A stretch of DNA of 64,000 bases from Vulcanimicrobiota bacterium. Its GTDB lineage: Bacteria > Vulcanimicrobiota > Xenobia > Xenobiales > JADMJV01. Below the pieces are notes generated by a model. It was not told the DNA's origin and did no database searches. It saw nothing but the letters and a program-made list of their open reading frames with translations. Positions 19,301-28,138 of the stretch are shown in pieces; within the stretch, counting starts at the first letter, position 1; every line of letters begins with the position of its first letter. Position numbers and translations under genes: made by a program. The DNA lies in assembly GCA_019637395.1 (NCBI GenBank), contig JAHBVR010000005.1, positions 65,312 to 129,311 on the forward strand. Direction: 5' to 3'.

Positions 19301-19601
19301 AAAAGCAACGTTGTGGCGGCAACCCGCCCAGGTCGCGAACGACCTGCTCGACCGTCAGCTCCTGGTCCGCCCTGCGCCCCACCAATCGCTCGTAGAGGTA
19401 GCCTCCACAGGCGATGGCGGGCACACAACGGGGACAAGAGAACGCCAGGGCTTTCACGATGCCGTGTGCGTCGATTTCCAGTTGTAGTTGAAAGTAGTGG
19501 CCCTGTTCCGCGCTTCCCACCCTACTTTGATGAGTCGGAGCGTCCAGCGAACCGAAGCCTCGAGCATTGTCGAAGTAGCGGCGGGTCTGCGGGGAAAACA
19601 T
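19257..19601 (-). CDS. IscU/NifU-N-terminal-like domain protein with altered cluster ligands
   Basis: It aligns over its length with IscU (NxRxxGSLD ... AIA ... PP..C motifs). The first ligand Cys (CGD) and the His are replaced; two Cys are retained. Confidence 0.55.
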   Translation of the reverse strand: MFSPQTRRYFDNARGFGSLDAPTHQSRVGSAEQGHYFQLQLEIDAHGIVKALAFSCPRCVPAIACGGYLYERLVGRRADQELTVEQVVRDLGGLPPQRCFYAWMAVKAVCLALL

Positions 19602-19603
19602 TA

Positions 19604-19948
19604 CTAAAAAGGTAGTATCTCGAGGATGAGTAGTAGTATTTTACGGATCTCCTCCGCCTGGAACTCAGCCTTCTGCCCCTTCAGTTGCTGCAATCTCTCG
19701 ATTACCTCGGGCTTGCGGGGATCTGGGACGAAGACCGGGGCTTCGACCTCTTCTGGTTCCGGCTCGGGTTCCGGCTCGACAATTTCATATCCGCCCGCAT
19801 AGTAAGCGGCTTCTACGAATTCGTTGGCCGAGGGCGCCGGAACGTCTACTGTATAGCGATGCTGTTCTTTTTCAGCGGAGAACTGTTTCAAGGCCTCGTC
19901 AAAATCAAAGCCCAGTTTATCAAAAATGACTCGTTCGATTTTCAACAT
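19604..19948 (-). CDS. hypothetical acidic protein (114 aa) with an EPEPEPEPEE tract
   Basis: ORF tightly packed between the fibre gene and the NifU-like gene. Confidence 0.4.
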   Translation of the reverse strand: MLKIERVIFDKLGFDFDEALKQFSAEKEQHRYTVDVPAPSANEFVEAAYYAGGYEIVEPEPEPEPEEVEAPVFVPDPRKPEVIERLQQLKGQKAEFQAEEIRKILLLILEILPF

Positions 19949-19950
19949 GA

Positions 19951-21036
19951 TTACACTCCTGCATAAATGATGTAGTTCAGGACCATGGTGGGCTGAACGT
20001 TGTTATGAGATCCTCCACCACCGGTAGAGTTGCTGGAAGCGCCAGAACTAAAGTTCTGCATGACGTTGTTAGCCTGCGGTGCCACATAGGCTTGGAAATA
20101 GATGGGATTCCAAGGCAAAGTATGGCTATGACTGGGAATCTCTGACGTAATCAGCGTGTGAGATTGCGAACCCCCTGACTGGCCCATCGTCGTGCTCGTC
20201 AGCCGGGTGCTCAATCTCGCGGCGTTCGAGCCCCCCATATTGTCAAGACCGGCAACCACTCGGCCGCGGAGATCGGGAATTCCGAAAGTGCCCGCTCCCG
20301 ATCCGAAGGTCGTGCCGATGATCGAATAAAGAGAAGCGTAAGTTGCCGTGCTGACCAATTGGCCATAGCACATCAGCCATCCACTCGGAGCGGTTACGCC
20401 CGCGAACGGGATCACGGAGCCAATCGGGCCGATGGAACCACTGGCACCTGTGGGTCCGGTGGCGCCCGCAGGTCCCGTTGCTCCGGTTGCTCCATTTGAG
20501 CCAGGGCCACCAGTTGCACCAGTGGCGCCCGCAGGGCCTGTTGCACCGGTCGCTCCATTGGAGCCAGGGCTACCGGTTGCTCCAGTAGCACCGGTCGCGC
20601 CAGTTGCACCCGCCGCGCCCGCCGGCCCGACACCCCCCAGCATCTCGAAGCGACCGCCGCTCGCGTCGTTATAAACGGCGGCTACCATTTGATTGGCCAG
20701 AATATCTCCCGAGGAGAGGGCGCTTCCGCCCGCTTTCGTGAGAGATTTTGCCGTCAGGGCGCCGCCGGGACCGACCACCTGCAAGGTGGAAGCCCCGGTA
20801 TTGGCGTTGGCCGCCTTGAAAACCACCAACATGCCCTTCTTGTAGGCCGTGAACTGATTCTGGTTGTCAGGAGAACCGTCGAAGTTGACTTGATAGGCGT
20901 CAGCCGAGCCGACGTCATCGCGGTAGAAAGCCTGGCCGTCCTCCAGGTCGGCCAGAACCGGGAATAGTTGGGCTATGTGCTCGGCCTCGATTACATCGCC
21001 CGTATTGATTGTATTGTCTGATAATGGACTGGACAT
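19951..21036 (-). CDS. collagen-like (GxT/GAT repeat) phage tail-collar domain fibre protein
   Basis: Gly-X-Y tract [31 protein letters not shown]... is followed by [49 protein letters not shown]..., the phage tail-collar signature. AAGGAA RBS before the ATG at 21036. Confidence 0.75.
   Translation of the reverse strand: MSSPLSDNTINTGDVIEAEHIAQLFPVLADLEDGQAFYRDDVGSADAYQVNFDGSPDNQNQFTAYKKGMLVVFKAANANTGASTLQVVGPGGALTAKSLTKAGGSALSSGDILANQMVAAVYNDASGGRFEMLGGVGPAGAAGATGATGATGATGSPGSNGATGATGPAGATGATGGPGSNGATGATGPAGATGPTGASGSIGPIGSVIPFAGVTAPSGWLMCYGQLVSTATYASLYSIIGTTFGSGAGTFGIPDLRGRVVAGLDNMGGSNAARLSTRLTSTTMGQSGGSQSHTLITSEIPSHSHTLPWNPIYFQAYVAPQANNVMQNFSSGASSNSTGGGGSHNNVQPTMVLNYIIYAGV
20412..20640. 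repeat. tandem 9-bp-periodic GC-rich DNA repeats encoding the collagen-like G-A-T tract
   Basis: Repeated GCACCGGT / GCGCCAGT / GCTCCAGT units are visible. Confidence 0.6.
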
Positions 21037-21163
21037 TTGGATTCCTTTCGGTTGCTCCCGAGGCAGCACGAAGCCAGACCCGGTGCGAATGAGATTTTTA
21101 GAACTAGAAAATGGGTCTACAAGGAGTCGGGGAGCTCAGGGGGGCTCCCGGCTACTTTCGGGC

Positions 21164-22261
21164 CTACAGAAGGGCATGCTGGCGCCTCCCTTCGCAGGTT
21201 AAGCAATGAAGCAGATTGTTTTGCAGTCGCTGCCGGTCCATTTCGGGCAGGGCAGCTTCCTGCAAAAGTTTCTCCGTGCGCTCTCGCGCCTGGCCAAAAC
21301 GCCCGGTATAAAACTCCGCCACAGCCAGTTCATCCTGCGCCCGCCACCGGTAGGCGGGTTCTTCTAAAAAGAGCCCCTCCACCGGCATTTTCAGCTCGGC
21401 CGCCCTGCCGGCGAAAAGGTGGGCCAGATTCCATTGGCCGTGCTCCCGATAAAACTGAGCCAGCTCGGTCAGCGCTTCGGCTCGATAGGGATTCAACTGG
21501 TAAGCAAAGAGCAGTTCCGCCGGCACCTGAGTCGGATTTTGCAGGCGTTTCAGCAGCCGTGCCCGCTCCAGATGAGCCACATAGCGCTCCTCCACCCAGC
21601 CCTCCAGCCGGCAACGGCGCTCATAAGCTTCGGCCGCCTCCGGCAGGAGACCGGCATCGCGATAACTTTGCGCCAGATAAAACACATGGCGGGGCTCATC
21701 GGGCTCGGCTACCAGGGCTTTCTCGAGCAGCCGCGCGTCGTCCAGATATTTCTGAGGATTGCGAGACCGGGCGCCCTCCCCAGCGCTTACGTGATATTCG
21801 AGCCCCGGAAGATACCCGGGAACCGTGGCTTCCGGGCAATCCGCATACTCGTGAACCACTCCCTTATAACGCCAGGCCAAAGCAGTGCGGAAAAGCTGGG
21901 GACGGTAATAACGTACCTCTCCAAAGTGCACCCGAAGCGAATACCAATCCGCCTGCAGCTCCGGCGTTTTAAGTTCATGCCTTTCGAGCCGATCATCCGC
22001 GTCCACCACCAGGTGGTAGTCGCCCCGCCCCCGGTTCAGCTCAAAGGCCTCACTGCGATTCTCGGCAAAATTGCGCCAGGGACGGTGGTGCAGTTGGCCC
22101 GGTAAGTGGCTCAATACCGACTCCACAAGGGCCGGAGTATCATCGCTCGAGCCCGTGTCCACCACGGTCCAGCCGTCCAACAACGGCAGCACCGACCGGA
22201 GACAGCGCTCGATCACGGCGGATTCATCTTTTACAATCATGCATAAACTAATGGTCGACAT
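21164..22261 (-). CDS. family-2 glycosyltransferase with C-terminal TPR repeats
   Basis: N-terminal SLCMIVKDES...VVDTGSSDDT (GT2 DxD region). C-terminal TPR-like helices. Confidence 0.7.
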   Translation of the reverse strand: MSTISLCMIVKDESAVIERCLRSVLPLLDGWTVVDTGSSDDTPALVESVLSHLPGQLHHRPWRNFAENRSEAFELNRGRGDYHLVVDADDRLERHELKTPELQADWYSLRVHFGEVRYYRPQLFRTALAWRYKGVVHEYADCPEATVPGYLPGLEYHVSAGEGARSRNPQKYLDDARLLEKALVAEPDEPRHVFYLAQSYRDAGLLPEAAEAYERRCRLEGWVEERYVAHLERARLLKRLQNPTQVPAELLFAYQLNPYRAEALTELAQFYREHGQWNLAHLFAGRAAELKMPVEGLFLEEPAYRWRAQDELAVAEFYTGRFGQARERTEKLLQEAALPEMDRQRLQNNLLHCLTCEGRRQHALL

Positions 22262-22426
22262 GGAACTCCTTTCGCGCTCTCTCCGGGCATAGCCAGGCTA
22301 AGCCCGGAGAGAGCGTCATTTCATGTGGGATTGTGAGAAAGCTATTTCTTGGTCAGCCGGACAGCCGCTTCCAAGGCGGCCTCAGTAAAAAGGCGGGCGG
22401 GTCCGGGCCGTGATAGTGAATTGGAG

Positions 22427-23101
22427 CTACCATCGGCTTCTATACCCCCTTACATCTACATGACAAAATCCGTCCAGCGGATAGAAACCAACGCCACCGT
22501 GGTCCCCAATCACCGCCTCACAAACCTTAAGCAGGGCTTCGGTGGAAATACCCGCTGCCTGAATGTCGGCCGCCAGCCCGTCGATATGAGTACTGTTGCT
22601 TGCCGCACCTTTTAGTGAGGCGTTATAGGCCGGCGGTCTATAAGCCGAGTTTATCGTGATCGGCGCACCACCCAGTTGGGTGCGGATCATCTCCAGTCGC
22701 CGCACCAACTCCGGCGACACACGCAAGAATGCGTAGGAGCTGTCGTGACACATGAATTCCCCCGCCGTGAAGTGTTCGCTGAGCCGGTCCGATGGTTTCG
22801 CCGCCAGCAGCGGCGCGGCCGTGTAGGCGCCGGTGGTGCCATACCGAGCCGCTTCGGCCTCGGACAGCACTGCTTTGGGAATCGACAGGCCGCTGGGGTA
22901 TTTCACTCCTTCGCCGGCGCCGGAAGCTCCCGGCCTGGGACCCTCGGGGAGACCCAGGAAGAACTTCTGCCGCGCGTCGTCTCGCCCGACACGCAGACCC
23001 AACTGTTCGGCCACCGTCATCAGCAACGGCAGTTGGGATTCTTCAATCTCGATCGGGCGCCGCCAATCTTCCGGGGGCGCAAACACTCGCCACTTATTCA
23101 T
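22427..23101 (-). CDS. peptidase M15-family (D-Ala-D-Ala carboxypeptidase / endolysin-like) protein
   Basis: SNSTHIDGLAADI and FCHVDVRG motifs (HxxxxxxD ... H zinc site), preceded by HFTAGEF. Confidence 0.7.
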   Translation of the reverse strand: MNKWRVFAPPEDWRRPIEIEESQLPLLMTVAEQLGLRVGRDDARQKFFLGLPEGPRPGASGAGEGVKYPSGLSIPKAVLSEAEAARYGTTGAYTAAPLLAAKPSDRLSEHFTAGEFMCHDSSYAFLRVSPELVRRLEMIRTQLGGAPITINSAYRPPAYNASLKGAASNSTHIDGLAADIQAAGISTEALLKVCEAVIGDHGGVGFYPLDGFCHVDVRGYRSRW

Positions 23102-23408
23102 CTTTGGAACCTCCTTTCACGGTTTTGCCGCGTAAAATGCGCAATAATTCATCGGTCGATCCGTGCGTCTCTATATTTCTGCCGCGACAGGTAGCGTCGT
23201 GGTAAATAAGAATTATGGAAAGACGTTCTAGAGCCTCCGCTACCTCCCGCAATCCCCGCTCGGAGGCCTCCCGTTCGCGCTGCAAATCCTGCCGGAATTG
23301 CTCCGTGAGCGTGGGTATCGTCTTTGAGAAGGTTTGTAATACGAGCCAGGCCACCAGCGCGAAAGAGGTAGCCTCGATGGCCAGGCCTTTGAGCATCTCT
23401 GCTTCCAT
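23094..23408 (-). CDS. small single-TM protein, possible holin
   Basis: Contains a single predicted TM segment (GLAIEATSFALVAWLVLQTF). Confidence 0.3.
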   Translation of the reverse strand: MEAEMLKGLAIEATSFALVAWLVLQTFSKTIPTLTEQFRQDLQREREASERGLREVAEALERLSIILIYHDATCRGRNIETHGSTDELLRILRGKTVKGGSKDE

Positions 23409-23675
23409 CAGGAAGCCTCCTCTCGAATCGTCTCCAACACGGTGGGACCTCTCTCTCTATAGCGTTGCCGGGGGCTTCTTGAAGAAGCCACCGTTGGCCA
23501 GATCCTGGTTTCGAGCCACTCGACCCTGAATACAGGCAGTGAAAACTCCCCGGCCCAATAGTTTTCCAATGGCAGGCAGACATAATGGATCTCCAATTGC
23601 TTAGTCTATTTGGGCAATAGCAAAGCTAGAACCCCGGGCTTGAGTGACTTAAACGGACCGCTTAAATTCTAAAAC

Positions 23676-23903
23676 TTATTCCTCTTCATGCAGAATGTAG
23701 AGGTCATGAATCGTGCAGTCGAGTGCATCAGCCAACTTCTTGACCGTCGCCGGATGTGGCTTCACTTTGCAATTTTCATAGCAACTGATTTGTTTTTGGC
23801 TTACACCGCTCGTATCCGCGACACCGGACTGGGATAATCCCTTCTGGCGGCGGCACCACAGCAATCCCCGAACATAATCGTTGCCCTTGTTTACTCCCTT
23901 CAT
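23676..23903 (-). CDS. XRE-family helix-turn-helix transcriptional regulator
   Basis: GLSQSGVADTSGVSQKQISCYENCKVKPHPATVKKLADAL is a Cro/C1-type HTH. Confidence 0.65.
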   Translation of the reverse strand: MKGVNKGNDYVRGLLWCRRQKGLSQSGVADTSGVSQKQISCYENCKVKPHPATVKKLADALDCTIHDLYILHEEE

Positions 23904-24159
23904 TGCTCCCCCCCGTTTCTCGATGATAACCCCTTTTGACCCGCCCATGTAATCCCTGATCCATCCCTAATCCATCCCTTTTCTATCCCTTTTCCATTCC
24001 TTTTCTGCACTATTTTCGAAAAGAGAGCCTGGCGAAGGTCCTCCGGACTTGCGACCCGACCTCCGAGATTTGTGTTTTTGTAAGTATCCATCTTGGTCTT
24101 CCTCCGGTTATGTTTAGCTTCTAACTGCAGAACATTTTTTAGGAGGCACAGGAAGCCGA

Positions 24160-24780
24160 TCATGCCATCCGCCCAAAAGCGAAGCGACGAGCCAATTCGT
24201 GAGCCAGAGGCAGCACCTGGATCAGGCGCCGGCGTGAGTCAACCTGGGCGAGGCCATACATTTCCAGCGCACTGGCCAGAAACCAGCCGGTCACGCGGAA
24301 CTCCTCAGCCAGGCGCGAGACCTGGCGCCAGCGCTGCTGCTGGGTCTCGGCCTGCAAGAGTTTGGCCATCGGGAAGCGCGTCACCAAATTTACGATAGGC
24401 ACCAGAAATACACGCGCGTAAACGCCGGCTTCTTTCTCCCAGATCCGCCGCTTGATGGTCTGCTCCAACATCTGGGCTAGATGCAAACGCACATGGCCCA
24501 GTTCGTGGGCCAGCGTTTCGTTCATCACGGCCGCGGCCGTCTCCGGTACGCGCAAGCGCTGGCGAAAATCCACCGGTAGTTTTAAGACTCGCTCCTCAGG
24601 GCAACACAGGCCCAGCAAGCTGGGATGCAGGTTCTCCACTCGCTGGATACGCCATTGGCAGTGCAAAATCGCCTCGCGCACCACCTGTGCCGGCACTCCG
24701 CCGCGCACCCCTTTTCGACGCAACGCCAGGAGCAGACGTTCACGGTCCTTCGCGAAATTATCCAGTAGTTGACTGTCCAT
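24160..24780 (-). CDS. ImmA/IrrE-family metallopeptidase (anti-repressor protease type)
   Basis: HELGHV (HExxH) motif in a ~200-aa protein adjacent to the XRE regulator. Confidence 0.6.
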   Translation of the reverse strand: MDSQLLDNFAKDRERLLLALRRKGVRGGVPAQVVREAILHCQWRIQRVENLHPSLLGLCCPEERVLKLPVDFRQRLRVPETAAAVMNETLAHELGHVRLHLAQMLEQTIKRRIWEKEAGVYARVFLVPIVNLVTRFPMAKLLQAETQQQRWRQVSRLAEEFRVTGWFLASALEMYGLAQVDSRRRLIQVLPLAHELARRFAFGRMA

Positions 24781-24879
24781 TGTCCACTAAAAATATCAAA
24801 AACCAGGCTGGTATACAAGTGTCGGAGTCTTGAATTTGATTCGACCTTGCGAGCCCGCCAGAAAAGGCTTCCTGAGGTT

Positions 24880-24935
24880 GCGCGACCAATTTTGTCGCGC
24901 AAAAACTTACGGGTTGATTCGAAAATCAACCCGTA
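24880..24935. promoter_or_regulatory. two tandem perfect palindromes in a divergent intergenic region: operator candidates or a minus-strand terminator
   Basis: GCGCGAC-caatttt-GTCGCGC at 24880-24900. TACGGGTTGATT-cgaa-AATCAACCCGTA at 24908-24935. They are separated by AAAAA. Confidence 0.45.
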
Positions 24936-25140
24936 GAAAAAAATCTTCCCCTGGTTTTATCTTACAATCCCCCCATGAAACGCCTGAGTCTCTGTGGCTA
25001 ACGATACTTAATTTTTTTGTGGATTCGAGAGCTTATGAGACGCGGCTTAAGTCCTTGCCGGGGGAGAGCAAGTGATTCCCGCCGCCGCCGGCTACCGGTG
25101 TCAAGGGGATTTCCCGTCGTTCCCCAACTATGCACTGGCA

Positions 25141-26316
25141 ATGGCAGAGAAACTTTCCGACCTGGAGCGTTGGCTCCAACAGATGCAGGGCGAGGGGGAG
25201 CGCGATTCCTCCGGGCATTTCACGGTGGATGCCGGCTCACGCCTCGATCGCTACCGTAGCCTGCTCGAACTCAACCCCAGCCTGCCCTGGCTGCAGCTGA
25301 CGCAGTGGGCTCACCGGCAGCGGGCCGTCGCAATCGAGTTTCGCGTCCTGCGTGACGCGGTCGAATGGGTGGCCAGGGGGTTGCAATCTGACGAGGATTG
25401 GTGCGAGCGGCTCGGCCAGGTCAGCGGCGAGGATTCTCTGCTGCTCCTGCTGCACGCCTGGAAGCCACAGGCGATGCAGTTTGTTTGGACCCACCGCAAG
25501 GCCGGTTGGGCTTGGGCCTGGCCCGGGCCGGCTCAGGTCCAGACGCGCGCTGTGGAAGATTCCGTCCAGGGAGAAATGGTGGTTCGCCTGCAAATCAGCC
25601 TCACGCCTACCCAACGCCGCGACCTGCTCAGCGAATTTACCGCCCGCACTCACTTCGCGCCCATTCCTATGCGTATTGACGGGCGGCCGCATCCCAGCCG
25701 GCTCGACCTCACTTCGGCCCAGTCGCGTTCTTTCGGAGTAGCGGCTGACCTGGTCAGCGCTCGAACGCAGTCCGGGGCTGACTACTTCGCGGTCGTGCAT
25801 CCCGCCGCTCACGAGGCCCGCCTGACTTTGGTCAACGCCGGGCGCGCTACCTCCATGCATCAGGAGCCGGGAGAAGCGCCTCCCGGCAAAGTGGCCTGTT
25901 ATCACCTCCACCATCCCGAGTTGGCTGCCGCGACCTGCTCCAAGCACGAAATCGCTATCGACCTGGGCCAGCTTGGACTTCGTGACAGCGCGGATTTCCT
26001 GGACATGCCCCGGCGCTGGAGTGGCTGGAGTTTTCTGGGTATCCAGTTTATGGCTCAGACCTTGCGCCCCCTGCGGGCCCGTTCGCTCTACCTGCTCAGC
26101 GCCCATCCGGATAAGGGCACCGTCTTCATCATTCCCGTGCGCCAGGGTGTGAGCCTCAATCCCATCAGCACCAACGGTTCGCGCCGCGGCAGCACCACCA
26201 TCAGTATCTGCCCCGAGGGGCTCAAAACCGACCTCTCCGGCCTGCGCCTGGTGGAAGACGCCGCCTGTGGAGCCTGGCTTCAGGGCGTGGTCGACGCCAG
26301 CCGCCGCTGTTTATAG
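25141..26316 (+). CDS. hypothetical protein (~390 aa)
   Basis: Long ORF; the start is taken at MAEKLSD. No recognisable domain. Confidence 0.4.
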   Translation: MAEKLSDLERWLQQMQGEGERDSSGHFTVDAGSRLDRYRSLLELNPSLPWLQLTQWAHRQRAVAIEFRVLRDAVEWVARGLQSDEDWCERLGQVSGEDSLLLLLHAWKPQAMQFVWTHRKAGWAWAWPGPAQVQTRAVEDSVQGEMVVRLQISLTPTQRRDLLSEFTARTHFAPIPMRIDGRPHPSRLDLTSAQSRSFGVAADLVSARTQSGADYFAVVHPAAHEARLTLVNAGRATSMHQEPGEAPPGKVACYHLHHPELAAATCSKHEIAIDLGQLGLRDSADFLDMPRRWSGWSFLGIQFMAQTLRPLRARSLYLLSAHPDKGTVFIIPVRQGVSLNPISTNGSRRGSTTISICPEGLKTDLSGLRLVEDAACGAWLQGVVDASRRCL

Positions 26317-26326
26317 CCCGCCGAAC

Positions 26327-26620
26327 TTATCCGGATTGCGCATAATGAAGAGCTGCTGGATGCGCCCTTTGGTCACTTCCGGCAAGAACGCCGAAATCAG
26401 CGCGCCGTCCTGGTAGAGCAACAGGCAGGCCTGACCGTTGCTGGCCGCCGTCTCCCGGTAGAGACAACCGCGGCAGTGCTTGTCCGGCGGCCAGTTGATG
26501 GAGGCGTGTGCGCTCCACGAACTCAGAGCTGCCGTTGACCAGCAGCACCGGCTCTCCAGCCGCTCTCAACTTGAGAGCGCACAGCAGACCCGCATAGCCC
26601 CCGCCTAAAATCAAGTTCAT
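26327..26620 (-). pseudogene. N-terminal fragment of an FAD/NAD(P)-binding oxidoreductase (Ndh-like)
   Basis: MNLILGGGYAGLLCALKL is a Rossmann GxGxxG motif. The ORF is only 97 aa and runs into a convergent gene. Confidence 0.35.
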
Positions 26621-26671
26621 CTCGTCTACCTCTCTTTCATGGAATAGACGAGACAGGCTTCAAAAATGTGA

Positions 26672-28060
26672 TCAGCGGTGGCGAGGATCGGCCAGATATT
26701 CCGAAGCCAGCGACAGGCCTTCTTCCTGACTCTCGAATTCACCATCCACGAAGTCGGCCAGCAGGGCATCTAGAATCCGCCGCAGCGTCCGCTCGTCCAG
26801 AACTCCGAACTGCTCCAGCAGCTCTTCTCGCGAAACCGGCAGGCATGGGTTGGCCAGAAAGCCCTGTTCGAAGTACTGCTGCAGCAAAAAGTCCACGAAC
26901 TCTTTTTGCTCCTCCAGGCGCAGCAGCGTCTGCGCAGGCCCGCGCGCCGCCTCCACGTCGGCCAGCGAAAGCAGGGCCAGTTCCGGTAAGCGCCGCCCCT
27001 GCTTCACGAACAAGGCATGAATGCGCGACGGCAGGCCATGGTCGTGGGGGATCAGGACCGGCTCCATGTGTTGAGCCACCAGCGCCACCAGTTCCTTGCG
27101 CTCCTGGCCGCCCAATCCTAATTGATAAGCAATTTCCGCAGCCCGCTGCGCACTTACTTCTTCATGTCCAAGAAATCGGATCCGACCGTCACGAGTGAAC
27201 GATTGGGTGGCCGGTTTGCCCAGATCGTGGCAGAAGGCCGCCAGGCGCAGCAAGGGAACGTCCACGCAGGTCCTCAGTTGTTCCTGCCAGAGAGGAAAAC
27301 GTGTGAATCCATCCGTTGCCATGGCCTCTATTCCGGCAACCGCCGCCAGCGTGTGGTCATAGACGTCCAGATGGTGAAAACCGTTTTGCAGCACTCCTCG
27401 GCAGGCCTCCAGAGCGGGCAGACTCCACTGCGCTAAGGTGCGCCAATCCTGGCCGGCCGGCCTTTCCCTCTGAGAAAGCAGTCCGCGCAGTTCGGCCAGC
27501 GTGCCCCGGCGCATGGGACCGCCGGTGATACCGCAGCGCGGCTGCTCGAAGCGATGTTCCCAGTCATAGACGGTGACTTCGCAGGCGTAACCGCCTACAT
27601 CGGCCAGTTGCACGTGGATGAACTCGGCCTCCTTGGCACGCACCACCACCACTTCCGGAGCCCACTCGGCCAACGCTTCCACCACCTGCTCGACCTCGTC
27701 GCAGTAAAGGTTGATGTCGATATCCGAACCCTGGCGAATGTGGCCGGTCCAAACCGAACCGATGAGCCGTGGCTGCATGTCCGGCACGCGCTCCATCACC
27801 TCCAGCGCGCAGCGACGCATGCTCTCGAGGCGAGCCGCATGTTCTTCGCCCTCCAGGCGGCGGGCGATATGCAGTAGTTGCTCGTGGATTTCCCGGTTGC
27901 TGGGCAGGTGAAGGGTGCCTTGCCGTTTGGCGGCCACTCGCTTGGCCTGGAAATACTCGCGGTATTCCCGGTGATAAAGGAGACGGGCCGCTTCCACGGC
28001 TACCCGGTGGCGAACGCTGGCCCGATGAGCCGGTTCCCAGTGACTTCCGCGCTTGTTCAT
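26672..28060 (-). CDS. nucleotidyltransferase (pol-beta-like) plus HD-domain protein
   Basis: GSVWTGHIRQGSDIDINLY is an NTase GS..D.D motif. HHLDVYDHTL...AAFCHDLGK is an HD motif. Confidence 0.6.
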   Translation of the reverse strand: MNKRGSHWEPAHRASVRHRVAVEAARLLYHREYREYFQAKRVAAKRQGTLHLPSNREIHEQLLHIARRLEGEEHAARLESMRRCALEVMERVPDMQPRLIGSVWTGHIRQGSDIDINLYCDEVEQVVEALAEWAPEVVVVRAKEAEFIHVQLADVGGYACEVTVYDWEHRFEQPRCGITGGPMRRGTLAELRGLLSQRERPAGQDWRTLAQWSLPALEACRGVLQNGFHHLDVYDHTLAAVAGIEAMATDGFTRFPLWQEQLRTCVDVPLLRLAAFCHDLGKPATQSFTRDGRIRFLGHEEVSAQRAAEIAYQLGLGGQERKELVALVAQHMEPVLIPHDHGLPSRIHALFVKQGRRLPELALLSLADVEAARGPAQTLLRLEEQKEFVDFLLQQYFEQGFLANPCLPVSREELLEQFGVLDERTLRRILDALLADFVDGEFESQEEGLSLASEYLADPRHR

Positions 28061-28138
28061 CGCGTAGAGTGCTTCAAACCACAGACCCTGAAGCCGGGCG
28101 CTAAAATGAGGTTACCAGTGTAGCAGGCCAGCTCCTCG

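Noticed and set aside
21037-21972. 311-aa plus-strand Pro/Ala/Arg-rich ORF antisense to the GT2-TPR gene
   Set aside because: Low-complexity shadow frame. GT2 and TPR motifs are on the minus strand.
25237-26106. 289-aa minus-strand ORF overlapping the 25141-26316 plus-strand gene
   Set aside because: Neither has a recognisable domain. The plus-strand ORF is longer, spans the whole interval and has an upstream promoter-like region, but the strand assignment remains uncertain.
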